Shown piece by piece: positions 53,314 to 64,000 of a stretch of DNA of 64,000 nt (its first letter is position 1; every line of letters starts with the position of its first letter). The DNA comes from the human T2T-CHM13v2.0 reference genome, Homo sapiens. Below the pieces are notes generated by a model, which searched no databases, was not told the DNA's origin, and was given only the letters and a program-made list of their open reading frames with translations. The position numbers and the translations under genes are program-made. The stretch is from assembly GCF_009914755.1 (NCBI RefSeq), contig NC_060927.1. One strand, written 5' to 3'.

Positions 53314-55921
53314 AAGGGTGACAGCCCATCTGGGTTTCCCTTCTGATTTTAGTACTTTTAAGTCTGGCATCCCAGGAAACCTCTGAGTCCAGAAAAAACA
53401 AAGGTGGCTGACGATTTATCCTGGGTTTACTTCCTACACAGTAGGGCCTGTGGGAGCAGGTGTTCAGATAAGGGGGCCTGGAAGGTTCTCTCAGAAGGGG
53501 ATGTAAGAGTGGTGGAAAAATAATTATAAATTGGTATTTTAAAGAAACTCCTCTATTTTTAATTATATTTGAGCAACTCCCTAATTTAATTGGAAAAAAT
53601 ATGTTACTAAAACAACCATCTTTAAGGTAGCCTAGCATTCCTAGCATATACCCTCAACTTTTCACTTGCGTGTTTTTAAAACATGATGAGCAACCCAAAG
53701 TTAGGTTATCAAAGCATCCTACAGACTGTCAAACTTCTAGGGCTGCCTTGTGTTTGCTAACTCTAGGAATTAAAAGGGGAAACTGCCCGAATTAAGCACA
53801 ATAACAGTGGTGAAAAGAGAGAAGCTACAGCTTCTCTTGTTTTGAAAATGCAAGGTCAAAGCAATATATTTATGAATAAATTTTAATTTTTGAGAACCAG
53901 AATTTCACATTACAGAGCTTAAGCAAGTCAAGGAAGTGCTTTGTTGCCATGGTTAGTCAAAGGTATTCCATTATTGAACTCACTCCGGGGATGGTTACAT
54001 TTCATTGTTTGTTCTTTCCAGAACTCTGAGACTCAAGGGAGTTATCATTCTACATTAAATCAAAAACCTCTAAACACCTTCATCGTAATGAAAAAAATCT
54101 TTCACAATGAACAGTTTGAAAGATGTTAAAGTTATTCTCTGTCACTGAGATTTTATGGGGAAAGCTGGTTTTCAGCACTACCTTTCTAAGCTTTCCAATA
54201 AATCAACACTATTGAAAACATTTAAAAGTGTCAGTGCAGCATAGAAATTATCCCCATAGAAAATTATGACTTTTTTTGCTTTTCTGTTGCTTCAAGAACA
54301 CTTTACGATATTGCCAACGCCCGCCACTCCTCTGAACCCTACAGCAGATGTGAACAGAATCATATACCAGAAAACATGACAGCTGTGCATTCATAAGAAA
54401 TTCTTATCGAACAAAATGCATTAACACTTCCTAGCTGCGTTGGGATTAATAGTAAATCACCAGGAATCACATTCTGTGAGATTTAAAAGAGGCGTAGAAT
54501 CTCCCGATTTAAAAGACTTAAAGCTGAGCAGCTCTGGGGATTTATAGAGTTTTCAAATTTGCTAATACCGGAAATGCTACTATTCTATAAAGTCTTCATT
54601 AAGCAAAATAAACAACATCTTTTACCTTTTCAGGAGGAAACTTTAACTTCTAGGAGGAAAGTATTATGTAAGGTGTAAAACTTGCTTTAACATTCCATTC
54701 AATTGAAGAAGCTACTTAATGACATGCTACGGTTTAATTACTTTGTTAAAAGAGCCCATTGATGAGGGCTGATTTATCATTGTTTGATTTATGAATTAAT
54801 CCTGGATCAAACAAAAATTGGCAGGAAAACCTATATCAACTTATGGAATAATTTTCCACAAACACCTTTAAGTAAAATATTAAAGTGTTTGAACATTTCT
54901 GAACCTGGGACAGTTAAACTTCCCAGAGGGAAGCTAGTTCTATATTTCTTAAGTGCTTTAATTATGCACTTGATTCTAAATAAAGACCTGAGAGAAACTT
55001 TCTACTTGGTCATTAAATTATTGTGTTGAAAGAGTATCTAGACAAGTAGGTCCACATTTTTTATTTTATACATTAGAAAACTGAAGCCGTGACTTGACCA
55101 ACGTTATAAAGTGGAAGGTACTTATTTCAGGGGGAAAACACTGATGGTTAAATTTGATCAAAATGAAAATACCATATGTGAATTTCCTTCAAATTTTGGC
55201 CTATTGTTTGGAAAATGAAAATTTACCCTGAGAAAAAACAACTTTAGAATTCAATGCTGTGATATGTTTATATTCAATAGTTTCATATCAGGTATGTGCA
55301 AAATAGAACTCAACAAAATAGAATTTATTTTCTAATAAATTATTTTCCTTTTTGAATCTTCATTATTGCTCATCAGAAGATAATTTAAAGTTTTTTATTT
55401 GTACATATTCCAATCGCTTCCGGTTTAAAACTTAGTTTTTCTTAGGTCCATCAGATTCAAGTATTTTTTTTCAGTCCAATTTGGGTATAGTTGGCTCAGT
55501 CACTGTTTTGTTTCCAACACTGTTTAGTTGAAAGGTCTCCCCCTGCCCCTTTCCTCCCGCCTCCTTCTCTCTGTGTGTCTCTCTGAGCCTCCTTTCCTCC
55601 TTCCTCATTCTCCCATAACACTAATGATATCTATAGTAAGGGTCCTGCAGTGGAGAATTGGGGCTGGATGTGCATGTCCAAATCTTGGATTGGTTTTCGG
55701 GACAGACCATATGTTACCACCAGTGTCTTAGAAGTTGAGTCTTTTGGTTACTCTATTCATTAGTCATATTATTTTATTATGGGATGTCTCACTGCTCTTG
55801 TTCTTTAGGCTTCTGGAAAAATATCCACACCACAGCCAATGTTTATGATTCTTTCATAATCTTGTGGGGTTGAGTATTTCTATCATTCATGCTCCCTGTT
55901 ACTTTTTGAAGAGGATTCTCT

Positions 55922-55923
<2 letters not shown>

Positions 55924-55963
<40 letters not shown>

Positions 55964-55991
55964 ACACATACATACACACACACACATACAC
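55924..55991. repeat. (CA)n microsatellite with TA interruptions
   Basis: direct reading. Confidence 0.97.
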
Positions 55992-56851
55992 TCACCCTGC
56001 TGAATCATTTTCATCCTTGAAAGAGAGAGAGAGATATACCAGAACCAGACAGTGCACAGATACTTTCTTTTCTTAACTCTCTCTATTTAGCTGTGTCACC
56101 CTGCCATTAATCTAAGATTCTCCTTTCTTAGTGTCCAGCACCAAAGGGCATCTGTGGGTGCTGTTCCTTAGCCAAATCCTATAGAAACAAAAAGGCCAGT
56201 GAAATTTCCAATCACTTGGTCTTTAGGTCTCCGAAGTTTCATGCCTAGACTAGTTGACTGCCACCCTATATTGTGAGGACAAGCACCTTCCTTCTCCAAA
56301 CTCCAGGCTCAAACATCTATTTATCTTCAAATCCTCAAAGACTGGCAAAAGCTAAAAGATTAGTACTGATTTATTTACATCTTTACTGGATTTAGAGGCT
56401 AACACCAATTGGTAAAGTTCTATTTGAATTTAGGTATTTTGGAGTAAGTATTATTATTATTATCATTTTTTGTTTTGTAGAAAGCAGTTTCTGCAGTGGT
56501 ATATGCCCTTTTAGTTTTGCCACCAGAGGAAAGGAGAAATCAATAGGGAGCCCAGGAGAATAAAAAATAAGGTTTTTATTGATATTTTATCTTCCCATTT
56601 TCCTGCAGCTTTGGATAACCTAGTACGTATCAGCAGAGAAACAGTAACCATTTTAAACAATTGTAAAGACTTTATGGTCTGCATACTTAATACCAGTCAT
56701 TGATCAAGCAGTTTGGAAGCCAATGGAAAGAGCGTAGAAATTTTCACTTTATTTCATGTAATAGCTGTGAAAGGTAAAATATAGGTATGTTTAGATATCT
56801 GGGAGCATTTTTAAAACACTAGCAAAAACTGTGTTAAAAGTGGGTCATGCC

Positions 56852-57248
56852 TGTCTACATCTGTTTTATGCTGCTATAACAGAAAGCCACAGATAAGGTC
56901 ATTTATAATTAACAGAAAATTATTTGGCTCACATTTTGGGAGGGTGGGCAGTCCAAGAGCATTGTGCCATTATCTGGTGAAGGTTTTCATGCTGTGTCAT
57001 CCCATGGTGAAAAGAGGACAACAAGAGAGGGCAAGAGCAAGAAAGCAAGAGGAGGCCAAACTAGATTTCATAACAAACCCACTCTTGCAATAGCAAACCT
57101 ACTTTTGAGTTAACAACATTAATTCATTCATGGGGTCAGAGACTTTATGACTTAATCATCTCTTATTATGCCCCATCTACCAACACTTTTGCATTGGGGA
57201 TTAAGTTTACAGCACATGAACTTTGAGGGAGACATTCAAACCATAGCA
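56852..57248 (-). mobile_element. MST (MSTB/C/D-like) MaLR solo LTR
   Basis: TGCTGCTATAACAGAA...TTATTTGGCTCAC...GCATTGGGGATTAAGTTT...TTCAAACCATAGCA; TSD ATGCC/ATACC (4/5) at 56847-56851 and 57249-57253. Confidence 0.92.
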
Positions 57249-57349
57249 ATACCTCAATAAAAGGTATTTGTTTTTTAATATAGAATTTGAAAATACTATG
57301 ATTCAAAAAATATATCTGGCTGACCAGAATGATGCCTTTTACAAATCAC

Positions 57350-57605
57350 GGCCTACATTTAGTGAGCATTTATAATTGGACAAGCACTGTCCTTAGTATT
57401 TTATGCTTATTAAATGATTTAATCCTCACAACTCTGTATGGTAGCTTTGCTATTAATCCTCGTCAGTTTACAAATGAGGGTACTGAGGCTCAGTGGGATT
57501 AGATGACTTGCCCAAGTATGGCAGATAGTGAGTGGAGAGCTGGGATTATAAATCCCAGTGTCTGGTGTCAGAATCTTTGCTCATAACTACTATATTATAC
57601 TGTAT
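57350..57605 (-). mobile_element. MIR, near full length
   Basis: ATTTAATCCTCACAAC...TTTACAAATGAGGGTACTGAGGCTCAG...GACTTGCCCAAG...GAGCTGGGATT. Confidence 0.9.
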
Positions 57606-58049
57606 GGTTTTTCGGAGATATCATTACATCTGACAATTAGTATTACTTATGCCATCTTGGGGGTTAGATGTAAAAGGAGGTATCACATCATCCTATAGAG
57701 CAATTGTCTTTGCTGGGTCTGAGTAAATGTTCCCTACATTGCTCTTATCTCAAAAAGATAATGGTGCTTATTGTCTGCCTTCCCTGAGTATATTTAAAAT
57801 ATAACAACTCTGAAATCTGTACAAAGTTAATTCAGCAGGTTTGGTTGAAATTCTGGGGTCTGCATACTTTTGCTAGTGTCCAGGTGTTCTGATGATCATG
57901 CAGGTTTCTCTCTGGCCCTTTGTGTTACTAATGTACCTGTTTCTCTGAGTGTTGAGGCTGTACCCCTGAACCTCATGAAATGCTTTTCCGCACATTCCAG
58001 GGAGAAAAACAACCATGCAAAGGCCCTGGAGTGGGCTGGGAATAAGATT

Positions 58050-58265
58050 TTCATGTTAAAGATAGGAAAAAATGCCAGTGTGGGTGCAGCTTAGTGAGAA
58101 GTGGGAAAGGAATAGAAACTGTCATCATAGGGATCATATCATAGGGGTCAGATCACAGAGGGCTGGATAGGCTGTGGTATGGAGTTTGCATTTAATTGCA
58201 AATAAAATAAACATCATGGAGGCTTTTATGTAGGGACTGACATCATCAAATTTAATATCTTAATC
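58050..58265 (-). mobile_element. L2 fragment
   Basis: GCCAGTGTGGGTGCAGC, GGTCAGATCACAGAGG, TGACATCATCAAATTT. Confidence 0.6.
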
Positions 58266-58535
58266 ATCGAATAAAATTAAGGCAGCTTTTTCATAGTAAA
58301 GCATTTTTACCAGGCTTTCCATCAAAGAGGAGATGGGCAACCAGACTACTTTTCCAAAGATGTTTAAGTTTGCTCAGATATTCTTAAAAGCTTTTTATCC
58401 CATATTTTATATGCAATATCATAGACCACTCTACTATGCAATTAAAAGTTATTTAAAAATTCTTTTTGCTTGTTTTTAAATATAAAATTTGAAAACACTA
58501 TGATTCAAAAAATATATGTTTTGGGACTTACTGTG

Positions 58536-59106
58536 TGTATTACTTTTCAATTTATGTGGTGACAAATTACCACAAACATAGTAGCTTAACACATAGTTAT
58601 TTTCTTACAGTTCTGTAGGTTAGAAGCCTGACTTAGATTTTGGTGGGCAAAGGCCGAGGTGTCAGCAGGACACAGATATGTATACATTCAATAGTTTCAT
58701 ATCAGGTATTTGCAAAATAGCTCCTTTTCAGGGGCTTGAGAAGAAACTCCTTTCCTTGCGTTTTCCAGCTTCCAGAGAACGCTCGAATTCCTTGGCACCT
58801 AGCCCCTTTCCTCCATCCTCAAAGCCAGCAATCTGAGTAATTTGAGTCTGACTCTTCTTCTGGGGTCACACCTCCCATTTGACTCCAGCTGTTAAAGGTC
58901 CTCCACTTTTAAACCTCCGTGCGATTAGCTGAACTTACTCAGATAATCCAGAATCATTTTTATTTTTCTATATCAACATCCTTAATTTAATCCCATCTGC
59001 AAAATCCCTTTTGCCATGTAAGTTAACCTATTCAAGTTCTAATGGTTCTAGGCATTAGAACATGGCCATCTCTGTGTATATTGGTGGCACCATTCTGCCC
59101 ATCACA
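58536..59106 (-). mobile_element. MLT1 (MLT1D/E-like) solo LTR carrying a 46-bp foreign insert
   Basis: ACAAATTACCACAAACATAGTAGCTTAA...GAGGTGTCAGCAGG...ATCTGCAAAATCCCTTTTGCCATGTAAG...CCATTCTGCCCATCACA; TSD CTGTG/CTGTA at 58531-58535 and 59107-59111. Confidence 0.9.
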
Positions 59107-61923
59107 CTGTAGATTGAAATTTTTATAAAAAGTTCTGTGTAACATAAAAGTTTGAAGATGTTTGAATCTGGCATTCTGAATGGTGGTTTTTTTAGCGTGG
59201 CTTTCTTTTTTCTCTATAAAATCAACAAAATATTTCATCATTTTCTGAAATCTTTACCAGCCCCGTTATGCCTTAAATGTGTACAGAAGCTTCTATATTA
59301 CACATAAATTGTTTTTCTTTCAATTGTTTCCTCTCCCCAAGTATTCTTTCCTTTTATTTGTGCATTATCTTTATGTCAAAGCATTTCTCAACTTGACATT
59401 TTCTTTCCAAGGTTTTAGCCTCCCATTGCACAGGCTTTTTATTGCTTCATAGGAGAAACTCATCACAAAGTTGTTTTTATTCACCACCTGATTACTTTAC
59501 TTTTTGACACCAACATCATTTTAACCTCTGATGTTTCATATTTGAAAGAGGTTGTAGATGAAGACAATTAAAATTGTATTAGTGTTCTTGGCTAAGTGTC
59601 AGTTTTAAAATAGATTTATGTTCATGTGGTTTAAACATATACATATGTATATATGTGTATATGTGTATGTATATATGCATGTGTTTTATGAACTTTCGTT
59701 TATAATTTCTTCCCATTATATTATTACCTGGCAGCTGACTACCTGTGATATATAGTTAGACTGCCAAACACTTTGAGTTCTACAGAGAGTACAAATGCAG
59801 GTAGAAAGGGTTGGAAAGGTACAACCATCAACAGATTATAAATGCTCTTGTTGTTACCTGTTTCCAAAGACTGTACAAGCCTATGCTATGAGAGTTCCTA
59901 TTAACTCATTCACACAGATATTTGGACTTAGAATTAAATCTCTTTAAGCAAGTCTTAATTTAAAAAGTACATGACCAGCAAATTTGTATGTCTATTCCAC
60001 TTAGTAAGAAGGACTAAAAAACTTCTCACAGGTTTTGTCATTTAATTTGTTCTGTCCCTACATTTTTGTAAATGTTATGGCTGTTCTTTGACAAGTCTCT
60101 AATTTTTCAAATAGAATGACCGTTCATGAGAGGATTTCAATTTTCAGTACTTGGCTTTTTGTCTTTTTTTCCTCCTTAAATATACAGCTTAAATTGTGAA
60201 AAAGCCAGTTTGAACTTCAGCTCCTCAAATTTAAATACCAACCAAAGTCTCCTTAAATCCTATGATATTTTGATTTGTGCTCAAATCCCTACATTTTTAT
60301 GTCACATTAGAGGAACTCTGACCTTTCTACTCCTTAGCTGGAAGGATAGGAGAGCCTAATGTCTGGATCATTCTGGAGGCTCTACTTTTTAAATTTTCTT
60401 TAACTGCCTTTGTTTCCAAAGTTTGAACTATGAATAAATTCCTTTGCAGATTGGTAGTATTATTTTGAGCCTCTCAAGAAGTGGGGTGTGTGACAGGGAT
60501 GGTTGGTAAATAAACATAAAGCTTGACATTATCATTGTGTGGGGCCACTGGGAGGTCAGGTTATAGGAGTGGCTTTTAGAAAACTTGTTTCCTTAATCTC
60601 TGAATTAAAACATATAAATATTTTGAAAATCATATTTCAATATAAACTAACCTAATTTAGGAAAGTATTCAGGACTTTAAAATAGTCACTGGATAAATTT
60701 AAAATAATGTTACTGCTCAGTTTGTGAAAATATTCAGGTCAACTTACACCGATTTGAAAATATTATATTTACAGACAAATGGCACAAATATATCACAGGC
60801 GTAAAAATTGGTTTATAAAACAATCTAAACATTACATGCAGAGTCAAGATATTTTAAGGATGTGCTTGAGGGAGTGCAAACCTTCATTTCATGGGAAAAT
60901 AAAGAACTCCGTGCTAAGGAAATTGGTGTTATGCTAGAAAATTCCCTATCTGAAATATGTATACAAATTGTGAAGGGGAAAAGAAAGCCATCTGTCTAAC
61001 ACATGACTTCCAAGTATTCAAGAAAAAAGTCAAGACTTTAATGGGTATAGCTCAATATTTTAATTTTTCCATTAAAAATCTTTCAATATTTAATTCTTAC
61101 ACACTTGAGCATTGATTGGGTGAAAGGATGTGCAGTTTGCTGTGGAGTATTCAAAGTTGATTTTAACATGGCCTATGCACTCATGGCCACTTAATAGGAG
61201 AGAAAAATCATGCATGCAAATAATTACTGAACTTTGTAGAGTGTTTGCTTCCATAAAAAAGGTAGAGTTTAAATATGGGACTTCAGAGGGCAAATAATTA
61301 CATTCAGCTGGTTCAGGAAAAGTTTGGTGGAATTAGTATTTGAATTACACCTTGAAGGTTATTTATAACTCTGGGTATTCAGAAGGAACAATACAGGGAA
61401 GATATGGAAGAGAGGAGGAGCAGAGGATGTAGTTCAAGTGCAAATACAAAAGGACAGAATGAGACAAAGGACACACATACCAAACTGGCACTCCTTAGGC
61501 CATCTGAAGGCATACTTTCATTGGCTTGAAAAAGATCAACTTTTCTTCTGAATTAGTTTTCTGCATTTAAAAATCAGGAGATTCTCTATTAAAATACAGA
61601 GTCCTGGCTTCTCTTGAGATGCCAGGCCCACTTGGGTTCATGGTAATGATCACCTGGAGCTGAGTAGTGCAACCTCCTTCAGGTGTGGCCTGTGGCTTCC
61701 ATTGTTTTTTTTTTTGCGCCAAGATTACTTCACACATTTTCTTACCCTGCCTTGTCTCTGTTGGCTTTAGAGACTTCAACCACTGTGTTAGAGCCAGATC
61801 ATGAAGTGTCTTGTATGAATAAGCTAGTAAATTTAACTTTTTATCTCTTGTAAAAAAAAAAAAAGGGCTTTTGAGAAAAAGAGTGTTGTAACCAGAACAG
61901 TGCTTCAGAAAGATCTGAGAGCT

Positions 61924-62175
61924 GACTGGGCGCGGTGGCTCATGCCTGTAATCCCAGCACTTTGGGAAGCCAAGGTGGGTGGGTAACCTGAGGTCAGGAG
62001 CTCAAGACCAGCCTGGCCAAAATGGCGAAACCCTGTCTCTACTTAAAATACAAAAATTAGTGGGGTGTGGTGGTGGGCGCCTATAATCCCAGCTACTTGG
62101 GAGGCTGAGATGGAGAATCGCTTGAACCCAGCCTGGGTGACAGAATAAGACTCTGTTTCCAAAAAAAAAAAAAAA
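61924..62175 (+). mobile_element. Alu (AluSx-like) with right-arm internal deletion
   Basis: GAATCGCTTGAACCCAGCCTGGGTGAC junction; TSD AAAGATCTGAGA(G/C)CT at 61909-61923 and 62176-62190. Confidence 0.96.
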
Positions 62176-62350
62176 AAAGATCTGAGACCTGTATTTTAGA
62201 TGAATTGAAATGGTAAGAATTAAGGGTGGAGAGAATAGTTAGGAAGCTACAAAATAAATCAGGTAAGAAATGAGGTTGAAACTAGGAGAGAGTGGCAACT
62301 TAAAGAAATTATGAAAGTGGAATGTATGAGATGTGTGAGCATGCAGTGGT

Positions 62351-62829
62351 ATGTTCATCATAGCACTATTCACAACAGCACATACATGGAATCAACCTAG
62401 GTGCCATCAGTGGTGGATTAGATAACAAAAATGTGGTACATATACACCATGGAATACTATTGCAGCCACAAAAAAGAATGAAATCATGTCTTTTGTAGCC
62501 ACATGGATGCAGCTGGAAGCCATTATCTTAAGTGAATTAATGCAGAAACAGAAAATTGAATATTACATGTTTTCACTCATAAGTGGCAGCTAAATACTGG
62601 GTACTTGTGGATATGAAGATGACAATAATAGACACTGAGGACTAATAGAGGGGGGAGGAAGATAAAAATGGGGGCAAGAGTTGCAAAACTAACTGTTGGG
62701 CACTATGCTCAGTATCCGGGTGACAGGATCGTTTGTATTCTAAACCTCAGCATCATACAATATACTCATGTAACAAAGCTGCACATTTACACCCTGAATC
62801 TAAAACAGGAGTTGAAATTAAAGAAAAAG
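62351..62829 (+). mobile_element. L1PB-like 3' end
   Basis: GCACTATTCACAACAGC...GGAATCAACCTAGGTG...ATGGATGCAGCTGGAAGCCATTATC...CATGTAACAAAGCTGCAC. Confidence 0.92.
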
Positions 62830-62833
62830 ATAT

Positions 62834-63121
62834 GCCAGACATGGTGGCTCAAGTGCTGTAATCCCAGCACTTTGGGAGGCTGAGGAGGGAGGATTGCTGG
62901 AGCCCAGGAGTTGGAGGACAGCCTGAACACATGGTGAACACTTGTCTCTATAAAAATTATGTTAATTAGCTGAGTTTGATGGTGCATGCCTGTAGTCCAA
63001 GCTACTCAGGAGATGGAAGCAGGAGGATCACCTGAGCCTGGGATATGGAGGCTGCAGTGAGGCATGATCACAACATTGCACTTTAGCCTGGGTGACAAAG
63101 CAAGACACCGTATAAAAAAAA
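62834..63121 (+). mobile_element. AluJ inserted at the L1 tail
   Basis: GGAGGATTGCTGGAGCCCAGGAGTT, GGAGGCTGCAGTGAGGCATGATC (J diagnostics). Confidence 0.93.
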
Positions 63122-64000
63122 GTTTGAGGTTTGAGAGAGAGAATAATTCAAATGTCTTATTTGTCTCCATCTCTATCTTCTACCAAGTGCCTACATAATA
63201 TTTAATTTGTGTTTAAAGGATATCAGAGAAAACAACCCTATGAAGCTTTTGGTTTTATTTATTATAAGAATGCCAAGGATATTGTTTATATATTACATAG
63301 AATCTTTTCAGGATAACTCATTGAAGAAATTTCTCTTTAGTCTTGGTAGTAGGAGCACGTGTGCTTATACTGTACTGCTGTGTGGTTTTTCTTTGTATGG
63401 ACAATGTAAACATGTAACTACTCATATTTATCATTTTTCTTTGGCTGATATAGAAATCTCAGAGCCACAAGTGTGCCCACATAATTTTACAACATGTACT
63501 TTGTGTACTAACTTTATTCTTGGCTCCATCTTAAGTTTTATTTTTAAATCTTTTTTCTTTGGTCTCATTGTGCTTTCTACTTATTTTTAAAGTATTTATG
63601 TAACTTTACAGTTTTTTTAAAGATTGCCTTACATCCTTTTAAGAACAATCTAGTGTATAAAGAATATATTGTAATCATATTAACTATTCTCATGTTTAAA
63701 TTAAGCCCCCAATTTTTACCGTCTATGGCTCTATAAAGATCAAATAGAAAGGTAACTAGATTTGCTAGAAAGTAAACTAAGGTATGCCCTTAATGAAGAT
63801 TCCTAAGGTTTGAAAATCCAGGATAAATGCATAGACCTCAAGAAAATCCAAGAAATAATACTCAGAAAAGGGTAAATATTAAAGATATGTTACCAAGTTG
63901 GTACAAGCCAATAAAAGATCTTGTTCCATTATAAAAGACTATTTAAAAACACACATTCCAACATAACTTAATATAACATTCATCTTGATTTGGATATAAT

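Noticed and set aside
57268-58720. Short repeats as a possible CRISPR-like or array system
   Set aside because: Each repeat has only two copies, the two pairs are unrelated, spacing is irregular, and the context is eukaryotic with no cas genes.

Overview
AT-rich, CpG-depleted primate (very probably human) nuclear DNA, either intronic or intergenic. I recognise no protein-coding gene, CpG island, tRNA, rRNA or snoRNA. The ORF track is explained by L1 ORF2 remnants, Alu/MER5A/microsatellite translations and chance frames. The window holds about 11 Alu/FLAM copies, about 10 L1 fragments, MaLR/ERVL solo LTRs (THE1, MST, MLT1, MLT2), MIR, L2, hAT MITEs (MER3, MER5A) and microsatellites. L1s and LTRs lie mostly on the minus strand, which hints at an intron of a plus-strand gene. 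From about 25.5 to 45 kb I see no Alu or L1, and that stretch carries CTCF-like and HIF/FOX motifs. I found no new biological system. The most unusual directly visible structures are two 46-48 bp local dispersed duplications about 160 bp apart (one interrupting an MLT1 LTR), a self-complementary (TC)28(AC)15(AG)17 microsatellite, several tiny orphan TE patches, a frame-preserving 78-nt exon candidate and an 831-nt ATG-initiated ORF running through TEs. Subfamily names and old-element boundaries were judged by eye and are approximate.
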